From assembly GCA_964542755.1 (NCBI GenBank), contig CAZIWL010000007.1:1146-65145 (forward strand): a DNA stretch of 64,000 nt, written 5' to 3'. Shown piece by piece: positions 44,370 to 54,094 of the stretch. Each line of letters begins with the position of its first letter. Within the stretch, counting starts at the first letter, position 1. Made by a program: the position numbers and the translations under genes. Origin of the DNA: an uncultured Anaerolineales bacterium (GTDB taxonomy: Bacteria; Chloroflexota; Anaerolineae; B4-G1). Below the pieces are notes generated by a model, which saw only the letters and a list, made by a program, of their open reading frames with translations, searched no databases and was not told where the DNA came from.

Positions 44370-46706
44370 TCAGTCCTCGTCCAACCCTTGATCGGCGCTC
44401 ACAGAGAGCGGGATCTCGACGGCGGTGCCACCGTCCGCACGCGGGAGACGTTCCATCGTATCCAGGTGATACATACCCACCAGGATTCGGTGCGGCCCGG
44501 CCGACGCGTCGGACGGCAGGGCAACGCGATGGAGATCGACCACCGTCTCCCCCGCCTCCCACAGCGAGGTCGGATAGTCTCCCGTCACCGGTGGGCCGTC
44601 CCCCTGTGCTATTGGCCGGTCCTCTTGCCCCAGCAGGTGCACGAACACCTGGTAATCCCTGGATGGGGCCTGGCGGGCCTCCCAGTGCAGGGTCACGGTC
44701 AGTGGCTCACCAGCACGGGCCGTCGCGGGAGAGAGATCGTAACCCAGAAGTGTCACGCCGTCGGCCAACTTCACGTCGAGGCGGTGCTCGGCACGAAGCT
44801 GAGTATCCGGTGGCGCCAGCTTTGCATAGCCCACCGGGATTGCACCGAGGGTCGCCTTGGCCTTTGGGTCGTAGAGTCCCACCTCCAGACGCAGGCGACT
44901 GGGAGCCTGCGCGTCCGGGGCCACGGGGATGCGGTAGGGGTCGCGCCAGACCTCGCCCGGATGCCACAGGCTGGTCGGGACCATCCCGCACGCCGGGTGT
45001 CGATTGATGTGACCGGCCAACTCATGCCCCCGACCTAGCAGACGCGCGAAACTCACGTAGTCCGTTGGGGTGGAGGTCATGGCCTCCCAATAGACGACGG
45101 CGTCAACAAATGCCCGGGGATTGTCGGCGTCCAGTGATTGCGGTTCGTATTCGACGCCCACCACCCGGGCAACGTCCTCCAACTCTTTGGGCTCAACACG
45201 TGCAGACTCCGGCACATCCGAGAGCTCCAGTGACTCTGGGCGTGCGTATTCCGGCGCGATGGCCACAAAGGGCAGCAGGCCGGCGATGATGAGCAGCAGC
45301 GCCCCGATGGCCGTCCCCACGGTCGGCCGCACCGGCTCTGGTGCCCACTGCCGGAATCCCAGGGCCATGAGCGAGCTGATGCCCGCGATGCCGGGAAAGA
45401 CGAGCCGCCCCTGGAAGGCGGGCGAGATCCACGTCCAGCGCAGCACGGAGACGAAGAGGATCAGGCCCCAGAGTGCAGGTATCATCACGGCACGGTCAGG
45501 GGCTTTGAATCCCCGTTGCCATCGTCGTCCGACCCAGATCAAGAAACCCGCCAGACCCAGCAGGGACAGGAGATCGAAGAGCCAGTAGACGGCCCGCGGG
45601 GCCATCACGTTGACGCCCCCGAAGAGCCCCCAGTAGGTCCAGCGGAACGTCCCAAACTCGCCCAGCCAATCATGCAGGTTGGGTGGTTGAGCCCGGGTGC
45701 CCTGGACGGCGATGAAGACGTTGAGCGCGGTGGGATCGCCGTAGAGCCTCCAGTTCCTCACGAACCACCATCCGCTCACTGCGGCTGCCACCAGCGCCAT
45801 GATCACTCCATAGCCAAGAATCCGGAGCAATCGATGAGACGGCCTTTCGTGGCTCCGTGTTTCCCAGGCACGAATTGCCACCACCAGACCCGCTACGGGA
45901 ATCAGTCCCAGTAGGCTGAGTTTCGTCAATGCCCCGACGCCGATCAGGAGCCCCAAGAGGGCGCTGCAAAGCCCCAGTCTGCCGAACCGGCCCGACTCGC
46001 CTCCTTTAGCGACGCGCACAATGACGAGGAGGGTGAAACTTCCGACGAGGGCAGCCATGGCATCGTTGTTCACCGATGCACTGACGAAAAGGAACATCGG
46101 ATTGAACGCCGTCAGCGCCGCGGCTCCCAGGGCGAGTGTCGGCCTCTCCGGGAAAAGGGTTCGCGATAGAGAGTACGTCACCAGCACCGTGGAGGCTCCG
46201 AAGGCTAGCGTCAGAAGCCGGATAACGCGGACGGCCAGAACGGAGCCCCTCCAGGGGAAAGCTTCCCTCTCTGGTCGATGGATGATCAGGTTCTTGTTGC
46301 ACACCTGGGTGGGATTGCCAATGAACGCGTGTTTGTTCTTCCACAGCAGGCTTGGGAGATCAGAGGTATCAATCCAGGACGTGGCCGCCGCCATGATGGC
46401 GTAGTAGGCGGGCGGCTGTCCCCCGTCCTGCAGCCAGGCGCAGTCGTCGGGCGACGCCTCGCAGACCTCGGGCTCAAGGACCGGCAGCTCACGATGTGTC
46501 TGGACATGCTGCACGTAGGGATAGTGTTTGAACTCGTCCGAGGCCTCAAGCACGGGGGTGACGAGGCTGTACAGGACGCCGAGCAGCACGAAGAGGACCA
46601 CTATCGCAGCCGCCATCATGGCTGGTCTGGAAAGCCAGCTGCGCGGCGGACCAGCCTCCACCCGGTCTCCCAGAGGGAGCTTGGGGCTCTTGCCTCTTCC
46701 AGTCAT
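44370..46706 (-). CDS. GT-C (ArnT/PMT-like, DUF2142-like N-terminus) membrane glycosyltransferase with 2 Ig-like domains (paralog A)
   Basis: TPVLEASDEFKHY; NKNLIIH; AFNPMFLFVSASVNND; LTK; QGRL; 2 domains with PTSxW. Confidence 0.8.
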   Translation of the reverse strand: MTGRGKSPKLPLGDRVEAGPPRSWLSRPAMMAAAIVVLFVLLGVLYSLVTPVLEASDEFKHYPYVQHVQTHRELPVLEPEVCEASPDDCAWLQDGGQPPAYYAIMAAATSWIDTSDLPSLLWKNKHAFIGNPTQVCNKNLIIHRPEREAFPWRGSVLAVRVIRLLTLAFGASTVLVTYSLSRTLFPERPTLALGAAALTAFNPMFLFVSASVNNDAMAALVGSFTLLVIVRVAKGGESGRFGRLGLCSALLGLLIGVGALTKLSLLGLIPVAGLVVAIRAWETRSHERPSHRLLRILGYGVIMALVAAAVSGWWFVRNWRLYGDPTALNVFIAVQGTRAQPPNLHDWLGEFGTFRWTYWGLFGGVNVMAPRAVYWLFDLLSLLGLAGFLIWVGRRWQRGFKAPDRAVMIPALWGLILFVSVLRWTWISPAFQGRLVFPGIAGISSLMALGFRQWAPEPVRPTVGTAIGALLLIIAGLLPFVAIAPEYARPESLELSDVPESARVEPKELEDVARVVGVEYEPQSLDADNPRAFVDAVVYWEAMTSTPTDYVSFARLLGRGHELAGHINRHPACGMVPTSLWHPGEVWRDPYRIPVAPDAQAPSRLRLEVGLYDPKAKATLGAIPVGYAKLAPPDTQLRAEHRLDVKLADGVTLLGYDLSPATARAGEPLTVTLHWEARQAPSRDYQVFVHLLGQEDRPIAQGDGPPVTGDYPTSLWEAGETVVDLHRVALPSDASAGPHRILVGMYHLDTMERLPRADGGTAVEIPLSVSADQGLDED

Positions 46707-49012
46707 CGGACGGTCACGTGCCCGATCACGACCGCATCATCCTCGATGCGCAGATCTGGACGATGCGCCCCTTCCTCGAGGCACGCGGGCAGACGGTGTC
46801 GGGTTTGGGATTCGTACATACCCGCCATCAGGAGGTAGCGGCCTGGCCGGGCTGTCCTTTCCACCTGAAGTCGATGGGGATCGCGCACGACATCCTCGGG
46901 TATCCAGAACGACGTGGGGAAGGCGCCGTCAAGCGGAGGGTGGTCGCTCTGGGAGATCAGGGACTCCTGCTCGTCTATCAGATGGAGGAAGACCGTGTGG
47001 TCGGTGTTCAGCGTCTTCTCCGCCTGCCACACCAACGTGACCGAGATTGCCTCCCCGGGGTGCACCTCGGTCTCCGACACATCGTAGCCCACCAGCGTGA
47101 TCGCCCCATCGAGTCGGGCCCCTACCTCGTGGGCGGCTTTGGCAGAGGCTGGCTCCATCGGGCGTACTGGAATGAGGTCGAGCAACATCATGTCCAGTGG
47201 CGTATCGTCCGGCGGACGCGTCACCGGCAAGCGAGTGCGGTTCTCGTCATAGAGTCCAGCATAGAGCGCAGCGGCTGTCGGCACCTCCGTGTCGAGTGGG
47301 AGTCTGAGCTCGTACTGGTCCCGGTAGATCACGTTAGCTTCCCACAGCGACGGGGGGAAGGTGCCCCTGCCGGGGTAGCAGTCCACGCCGCTGACCGCTT
47401 CCTTATCGCGCCCGAGTATCTGGACGAAAGCCAGGGCCTCTTCTTCAGGTTTCTGCCGCGCCCGCCAGTAGAGGCTGACGGAGAGGATGTCGCCAGGGTG
47501 GGCCCCCTCAGCCTCGATGTGACCTCCCAGGAGCTCGATGGGTGTCTGCCCAAAGGAGAGGTTCAGGCGGGACATATCCCTGGGCAGTTCGCTCTCATGC
47601 ACGATCGCGGGTTTCGCGTAGGCCGGGACGATGAAGGCGAAAAGGGAGATCGCCGCCATCGCGCATTGACCGCTGCCCATGAGGGCCGCCAGGGCCGGCC
47701 TCCAGCGATCCAGTGACAAACCCTCGGCCAGAAGGCGACTCATGCCCAGCATAATGAGGATCGATATCGCGGCCGTGGTCGGCATCAGATAGCGCCCCTG
47801 GGCTCCGAAGACGATCATGATGAACCGCCAGACGGAGCCTACATTCAGGAGCAGGGCGAAGGTGAGCACCAACAGCCCCTGCTGTACCGGCCGCGTGAAC
47901 TTCCGGGGGGAGAATTGATCGAGGGTCACCAGGACCAGGCCCAGGAGGGAGAGCCGCGTCACCACTCGCCACACGACGTACATCCATGGGGCCGCGGCGA
48001 TGTTGAACCAGCCGAACATTGCCCAGTAGGATTTCTCCAGCCCCCCCAGCTCGGGGATGACCTCGAGCACGCCGATCGGCTGGGCCCGCACGGTGGCAGT
48101 GTGACTCAACCATGCGTCGACGCCCATCAACTCATCGTAGAGGATAAGGTTACGGGCGAACCACCAGCCGCTCACCAAAGCCGCTGTCACGACTACCAGG
48201 GCCCAGCGGCCCCCCAGGGTTCGCAGACGGTGGCTGGCAGGATCCTCCTGGCGCTCGCCCCACTCTCGTAGGCTGTCGAACAGTAGGGCGAGTCCGACGG
48301 CGGGAGCCAGGACGACGCCGCTCAACTTGGAGAGCGCCGCCAGGCCCAACGCCGCACCGGTTAACAGGAGGCCTTTGGGAGGCAACCCTCTCGCCGCCAG
48401 GCGCACTGCTCCCCAGATGGCCAGTGACCCGAATGCCGTCACCGCCGCATCGTTGCTGACCCGGGCGCTGGTGAAGATGAACATGGGGTTGAGGGCAGCC
48501 AGGGCCGTGGCTCCCAACGCCAGCCAGCGCCTGTCCGGGAAGAGCTCCGTGGCGATGCCGTACACCGCCACGACAGCTACCATGCCCAGGGCTGTGGAGA
48601 CGAGGCGGGCGATGTGCATCGTCAGAGGTGTACCGCGCCACGGGAAATGTTCAGCCGGGGTATGCACCAGACGGTTCTTGTTGACGGTGCGACTCGCATC
48701 GCCCATCGTCTGATAGGGGTTCCGCCACGACCACTCCGCGAGCTCGACGTCGTCTTCGATCCAGAATGTCAGGGCGGCAACGAGCGAGTAGTAGACCGGA
48801 GGGTGGCTGGCAACGTAGCCGGTCACGCGCGCTCCCGACGGCGTCCCCTGGACCGGGAAACCACGGCCCTCGGTCAGCTCGTGGATGTAAGCGTAGTGCC
48901 CGTTGGCGTCCGGGGTCTCGAATATGGGTATGGTTACACCGTACAGCAGGGCCAGCGTCAGATAGAGCGCGAGGATGACGCCAAATGTCCGGTGTCTCTT
49001 GAGCCGCGCCAT
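46703..49012 (-). CDS. GT-C membrane glycosyltransferase with 2 Ig-like domains (paralog B)
   Basis: IPIFETPDANGHY; NKNRLVH; ALNPMFIFTSARVSND; QGRYL. ATG 49012 overlaps the upstream stop. Confidence 0.8.
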   Translation of the reverse strand: MARLKRHRTFGVILALYLTLALLYGVTIPIFETPDANGHYAYIHELTEGRGFPVQGTPSGARVTGYVASHPPVYYSLVAALTFWIEDDVELAEWSWRNPYQTMGDASRTVNKNRLVHTPAEHFPWRGTPLTMHIARLVSTALGMVAVVAVYGIATELFPDRRWLALGATALAALNPMFIFTSARVSNDAAVTAFGSLAIWGAVRLAARGLPPKGLLLTGAALGLAALSKLSGVVLAPAVGLALLFDSLREWGERQEDPASHRLRTLGGRWALVVVTAALVSGWWFARNLILYDELMGVDAWLSHTATVRAQPIGVLEVIPELGGLEKSYWAMFGWFNIAAAPWMYVVWRVVTRLSLLGLVLVTLDQFSPRKFTRPVQQGLLVLTFALLLNVGSVWRFIMIVFGAQGRYLMPTTAAISILIMLGMSRLLAEGLSLDRWRPALAALMGSGQCAMAAISLFAFIVPAYAKPAIVHESELPRDMSRLNLSFGQTPIELLGGHIEAEGAHPGDILSVSLYWRARQKPEEEALAFVQILGRDKEAVSGVDCYPGRGTFPPSLWEANVIYRDQYELRLPLDTEVPTAAALYAGLYDENRTRLPVTRPPDDTPLDMMLLDLIPVRPMEPASAKAAHEVGARLDGAITLVGYDVSETEVHPGEAISVTLVWQAEKTLNTDHTVFLHLIDEQESLISQSDHPPLDGAFPTSFWIPEDVVRDPHRLQVERTARPGRYLLMAGMYESQTRHRLPACLEEGAHRPDLRIEDDAVVIGHVTVR

Positions 49013-51798
49013 CACTCTACCCTCACCTCTTCCAACAACACATAGCCCCCGGGAACGACCTTCCCGTCCACCGTGGTCTGGGGTCGCTGGCCGGTCTCGG
49101 GGTCGAAAAACCCTATCAACAGGTCGTAGGTGCCGGGGGGGACGTCGGACAAGGACACGACGTGCGTGTCCGCGATGACTTCTCCTGCCCGCCAACTGGT
49201 CGTTGGGCGGGTCCAATCGACCGGCAGGCCACCGGCCTCGGCCAGCGGAGGCTCCTCCGCCTCGCCGACGTGTACGAAAACGTGGTAGTTCTCGTCCAGG
49301 GAGTCGTCCGCCTGCCAGTACAGGGAGAGATTCAGGGCACTGTCTTCACGCTCCAGGTCATAGCCCCGGAGATGGACCTTCTCCGCCAGCGTGTTGTCGC
49401 CCATCGTGTGGTCAACGTCCTCAGGCATTCTGGTAACCATAGGCCAGACGTCAATCTGCACGCTCCCCAACGTCAACCAATCGCGCTCTCCGTACCAGTG
49501 CTTCACTGGCACCACGCTTCCGTCTCTCTGCTCGATCAGACTTATCTGCACCTGGTGGCTTCCGCTCTTCAATTCGGCCGGAAGTTGCATAATCAAGCGC
49601 CCGGCCACTGGATCGCCGGGGGTCCACCTGCTGGTCGGATACTCTGCCGCACTGAGGGGCGTCTCCCTGCTGGTCACCACCCCCCGCTGCGGGTCGAGGA
49701 TGCGGATGCGTAGCGCGTAGTCGTCCTTCGGGGTCGCGCTTGCCCTCCACGTCAAATTCCCCGTAAGCGGATAACCGGCTCGGAAGGTATCGCTTTCCAG
49801 CTTCGCGTCGAGCAATTCAAGATTGCCCTCAAAGTGGGCCATCGGGCGGGCTGCGCCGTCCTGGGACGTGGGAGGGTCTACCCCGAGTTGTCCCACCTGG
49901 CGAGACTCGCCGAGCCCTACCGGTTCCAGGCTTAGCGTGTAGCTGATGGGAGGTAGATCCTCCGGCAGCGGTAACCGGAACTCGACGCGAACGATGTCGT
50001 CCGTCGGCCAGGCCGCGGGCGGATAGAACGGCAGGACGTCAGATCTTCTCTCATGCCAGACAGTCCCGGCGCTGTCCAGGAGTTGAGCCTTCAGCGTGAG
50101 AGGCTCCTCTGGTGGATCCTCGCCCACTTGCCAGTAGAGGTCCACCCACGCCTCCTTCCCTGCAGCGGTGCCCTGCGGGCGTATGCCCACCAGGTGAAGT
50201 CCGCCCCATCGCTCGTCCCGGGCATCCACGCCCGTCGGGATCGTCTCGAGAGTGGGCGGGTGGTGTTCATACCCTGCGACTCCGACGTAGGTCCACCAGG
50301 CTTCGAATTCTTGCTGGCAAACCTTGAAGAGGTTCGCCTCTGCCCAGTCCGGCAGGAAGTCGTGGGGGAAATACGTGGGCGGTGGGCCGTACATGAACCA
50401 GATACGCTCGTACCGGCGGGCCCACGCCTCAAAGCTGGCCTGGGCACGGGCTGTGTCCCGGTTGTTGCCGTAGCGCGGAATCGCGACCTCTGGGTAGGGG
50501 CCGTCATAGTAGTAGTCAAAAGTTAGGCGAATCACGGGGTGGTGCAGGATGATGGCGTCCCCGGGCCGGGCCCTCTCCTCGATGTACTGGACGGCGCCCC
50601 TGATGTCGTCCTTCCAGAATTGGTGAGAGGTGAGGATATCGTAGCTGGCACTGACGCGCAGGACAAGCACCAGACCCAGAGCCAGCACCAAGCTCGGGCT
50701 GAACCAGCGTCTGAGGGTGGTCAACCCTTGGGCCAGCATCAACTCAAAGGCCGGAGCGACCACCATCAAATGCCGCGGGTTCATGTAGTTTGGTTTGATC
50801 AGGGAGAGTGCGTACTGAAGGAGCACGGGGATAGCCAGGTAACCTAACCCGACGACCCAGCCACGCCGACGGGTCTCAACACCGGCCACGAGTATCCCCA
50901 CGCCGAATAGGCTGAGGAAGGGGAGTAGGCGCCACCACGGCTGTATCGCGGAGCGGGTGGGGCCCAGGCTGAACGAGCTCCAAGCTTCCTTAAGGATGAT
51001 GCCTAGGGGCCGATAGGTGAACGAGAAAGGATGGACACCCAGCAGCCGCCAGAGGAAGGGGACCAGGGGGAGCACCGCGATGATCAACGCGGCAAGGATG
51101 ACCAGCGGCTCGCGGCGCTGCCGCCGCACCCGGTGGAGACCGTAGACCCCCAGTTCGAAGGCCAAGAGGAGGAAACCCGCGTAATGAGTGTACAGGAGAG
51201 CCAGCGTCGTGACGACGTAGGCTGCGTAGTCCTTCCGTCGAGCCCCCTTCTCAAGAAGTGGTAGGAAGAAGTACATCGACGTCAGGCTCAGGACGACCAG
51301 CCAGGTATACATGCGGGCTTCCTGCGCATACCAGAGGAAGAAAGGAGATGCCGCCCCCATCAAGGCTGCCCAGAGACCTGTCTCGCGGTTGAAGAGAGCG
51401 CCTCCAACGACGTACAGGAGCGCTACGGAGAGCGTTGCTGCGAAGACCGAGGGAAACCGCAGGGCGAACTCGCTCCGCCCGGCAAGCGGTAACCAGACGT
51501 GCATCAACAGAAAGTAGAGCGGAGGATGGAGATCAGGGGTCCTGACGAACGATCCACGAGTTGATCCGTCTTGGTAATCAGGGTCGACCGGGATCAGATT
51601 GACGTTCTCGAAGATCAGACCGAGGGATTGCTCAGCCCGACGGAGCGTCAGGCCCTCATCGCTCCACAGGCTCTTGGCGCCCAGATCGTGCGTGCGGATG
51701 GCGAACGACAGCGCAACCAACAGGAGTAGAAACGTCCACACCCGTCGCGAGAGAGTATTGCGGCTTGAGAAAGTGAGTCGACCGTCCATCTCCGGCAT
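49012..51798 (-). CDS. GT-C (GT39-like) membrane glycosyltransferase with 3 Ig-like domains (paralog C)
   Basis: SLWSDE; HPPLYF; LRFPSV; YAQEARMY; YTHY; PRHL. Confidence 0.82.
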   Translation of the reverse strand: MPEMDGRLTFSSRNTLSRRVWTFLLLLVALSFAIRTHDLGAKSLWSDEGLTLRRAEQSLGLIFENVNLIPVDPDYQDGSTRGSFVRTPDLHPPLYFLLMHVWLPLAGRSEFALRFPSVFAATLSVALLYVVGGALFNRETGLWAALMGAASPFFLWYAQEARMYTWLVVLSLTSMYFFLPLLEKGARRKDYAAYVVTTLALLYTHYAGFLLLAFELGVYGLHRVRRQRREPLVILAALIIAVLPLVPFLWRLLGVHPFSFTYRPLGIILKEAWSSFSLGPTRSAIQPWWRLLPFLSLFGVGILVAGVETRRRGWVVGLGYLAIPVLLQYALSLIKPNYMNPRHLMVVAPAFELMLAQGLTTLRRWFSPSLVLALGLVLVLRVSASYDILTSHQFWKDDIRGAVQYIEERARPGDAIILHHPVIRLTFDYYYDGPYPEVAIPRYGNNRDTARAQASFEAWARRYERIWFMYGPPPTYFPHDFLPDWAEANLFKVCQQEFEAWWTYVGVAGYEHHPPTLETIPTGVDARDERWGGLHLVGIRPQGTAAGKEAWVDLYWQVGEDPPEEPLTLKAQLLDSAGTVWHERRSDVLPFYPPAAWPTDDIVRVEFRLPLPEDLPPISYTLSLEPVGLGESRQVGQLGVDPPTSQDGAARPMAHFEGNLELLDAKLESDTFRAGYPLTGNLTWRASATPKDDYALRIRILDPQRGVVTSRETPLSAAEYPTSRWTPGDPVAGRLIMQLPAELKSGSHQVQISLIEQRDGSVVPVKHWYGERDWLTLGSVQIDVWPMVTRMPEDVDHTMGDNTLAEKVHLRGYDLEREDSALNLSLYWQADDSLDENYHVFVHVGEAEEPPLAEAGGLPVDWTRPTTSWRAGEVIADTHVVSLSDVPPGTYDLLIGFFDPETGQRPQTTVDGKVVPGGYVLLEEVRVE

Positions 51799-51820
51799 GT
51801 TACCGCACTTTTCCGGATTC

Positions 51821-54094
51821 TCAAGAGTCGCCGGCGCGAACCGTCACGGTATCCAGGGGCACTGAGTCTCCTTGTACCACACCCTCGGGGCCAACGTAGG
51901 GTAGCCTGCGACTTGTCTCCAGGACGTAGAGTCCCGTGAGGAGCACGTAGTCCCCAGCGGGCACGTCCGGAGGGATGTGAATGGTGCGGGTCTCGGTCAC
52001 CACCTCGCCTACGTCCCAGAAGGACGTGGGATACGTTCCATCCTGAGGCTGGTCATCATGCTGAGCCAGTGGAGGGCCGCTCTCTGCCGCTAGATGGAGG
52101 AAGACCGAATAGTCCTCCGCGGGCCGTGCTTCAGCCCGCCAGAAGAGGGACACGTCCAGGCTGTCTCCAGCCACCACGTCGTTCCTTTCGATCTCATAGC
52201 CCAGAAGCGTGATCTCGCCGCCTAGATCCGCGTCGAGCCGCATAGGCACGGCGATTGTCGCATAGTCCTCGGGCGCGACCTTCAGCCGGTCAATGAACAC
52301 CAGCCCCTGGGGGGCACCGTCCGGCGCATAGGCCGGGAGCCGGCGCTGTTCGCCAGGCTCGTGCCAGCCAACCTCAATGGAATAGACGGCCGGTGCCGGA
52401 GCCTCCTCATTGACCTCGAGGTCGATGACGTCGCAGAAGCGGTCCCCGGCTGCCCAACGGCCTGTGGGGTAACGGCCCAGACCGGGGTGGGTGTTCCGGG
52501 CCCCCACGATTCTCTCCTTCTGGCCGAGGAGATGGACGAATGTGACGTAGTTTTCGTCCATCGTGCGCAGAGCCTCCCAGCAGAGGGTTACCTCGATTTG
52601 GTGTCCGGGAAGGGCGCGCCGGGTGCTGACGTCCTTGCCCACCAAACGGATTGACTCGCCGAATCGGATGTCGGTCGGTTCGGCGCACGTCCGCACGTCC
52701 TCGAGCGAGAGCATACGCGGCGTGCCGTAGGCTGGTCGAAGCACGCCGAGGAGTGCGAAAAGGGCCAACCCGAGCATGATCGTGACGACGCCGGCTGCCG
52801 TAAGAGATGTCCGGTTGCCTGTCCATTCCGCCAGCCCCGCTGCGTAGAGTGGAGCCAGGAAAGCTAGCGAGACGAAGAGGTAGCGGCCGAAATTCGCGGT
52901 GTCAATCAGCGTCATCCGCACGAAGACGACCAGAAAGGTGATCAACCCTGCGCTCGCCACGACGGCGACAGGAGCCCAGCTCAGAGGTCCAAGCGCGCCG
53001 AATGCCGACCTGGAGGGATGAGCCCGCCGTCGCGCCCAGGCAAGGGTCCACCCACCCAGGGACAACAATCCCAACAGGCGTGGGACGGCGTAGGCACTTG
53101 CCGGCATCGGGAGCTGCCCGTACCCGAAGACGCCCCAGAAGGAATCGTGCAGGAAGCCCAGCTCGCGGATTGCGGCGGCCAGGTTGGGTGCGTTGGTTCT
53201 GAACCCGCCCCAGGCCTCGACTTGCCGCGCCATGCTGGTCGGCTCACCGTAGACGATCTGATTGCGAATCAGCCACCACCCTCCGACCATTAGCGCCACG
53301 GCGGTGATCGTGCTTCCGAATTGCAGCACCTCCCGCCACCGGAGACTCTTACCTCCTGTCCAAAGACTGACCAACAACGCCAGCCCGATCGTCGGTACCA
53401 CCAGGAGGCATGTGAGCTTGGTCAGGAGAGCCAGCCCGACCAATCCCCCCAGCGCGACCGCCCGGCGCATAGTGACACCCCGTCTCAAGACCCGAGCGGC
53501 GAGGTACAGCATCCCCGCTGCCACGAGATTTGCCAGGGCGTCGTCGTGAACCGACGCCGAGATGAAGAGAAACATCGGATTGAGGGCCACGACGGCGACG
53601 GAGAGCACCGCCAGAGCCGGCCGCCCAGGCACCAGCTCACGGGTGGTGGCGTAGATGCACAGGATGGTGGCGCCACCCATCAGCAGCGAAAGCCAGCGAA
53701 CCAGGTGGACGCCCAGCGTCACATCTTGGTAAGGGAATCCCTCGAGTTCGGGATCGTGAAGATAGAGGTTCTTGTTGTCCACCCCGGGCTCATCCACTCG
53801 ATGAATCCAGAAGGCGTTCACCCGCTCGGTGATCAGGTCATAATTCTCATTCGGGACCCAACTGGTGAGCAGCGCGCCGAGCACATAGTAGGCAGGGGGG
53901 TGGTGGGCCTTTGTCGGCTCATCGGGCGTGAGGACTGGCAATCGGCGCTCCTCGACGAAGAAGCGGATGTTGGCGTAGTTCAACGATTCATCCGGGCTCT
54001 CGAAGATCGGGTTGATGATGCTGTACGCCAAACCCAGGATGAGGTAGAGGGCCAGAATCAAAAACAGCATTCGGCGCGCCAGCTGGTGTGTCAC
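51821..54094 (-). CDS. GT-C membrane glycosyltransferase with 2 Ig-like domains (paralog D)
   Basis: NPIFESPDE; HHPPAYY; NKNLYLH; ALNPMFLFISASVHDD; GRYLF. Confidence 0.8.
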   Translation of the reverse strand: MTHQLARRMLFLILALYLILGLAYSIINPIFESPDESLNYANIRFFVEERRLPVLTPDEPTKAHHPPAYYVLGALLTSWVPNENYDLITERVNAFWIHRVDEPGVDNKNLYLHDPELEGFPYQDVTLGVHLVRWLSLLMGGATILCIYATTRELVPGRPALAVLSVAVVALNPMFLFISASVHDDALANLVAAGMLYLAARVLRRGVTMRRAVALGGLVGLALLTKLTCLLVVPTIGLALLVSLWTGGKSLRWREVLQFGSTITAVALMVGGWWLIRNQIVYGEPTSMARQVEAWGGFRTNAPNLAAAIRELGFLHDSFWGVFGYGQLPMPASAYAVPRLLGLLSLGGWTLAWARRRAHPSRSAFGALGPLSWAPVAVVASAGLITFLVVFVRMTLIDTANFGRYLFVSLAFLAPLYAAGLAEWTGNRTSLTAAGVVTIMLGLALFALLGVLRPAYGTPRMLSLEDVRTCAEPTDIRFGESIRLVGKDVSTRRALPGHQIEVTLCWEALRTMDENYVTFVHLLGQKERIVGARNTHPGLGRYPTGRWAAGDRFCDVIDLEVNEEAPAPAVYSIEVGWHEPGEQRRLPAYAPDGAPQGLVFIDRLKVAPEDYATIAVPMRLDADLGGEITLLGYEIERNDVVAGDSLDVSLFWRAEARPAEDYSVFLHLAAESGPPLAQHDDQPQDGTYPTSFWDVGEVVTETRTIHIPPDVPAGDYVLLTGLYVLETSRRLPYVGPEGVVQGDSVPLDTVTVRAGDS

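Noticed and set aside
46718-47716. 332-aa plus-strand ORF and other long antisense ORFs in the array (e.g. 53321..54190)
   Set aside because: Shadows of the minus-strand GT-C genes, with no motifs or RBS support.
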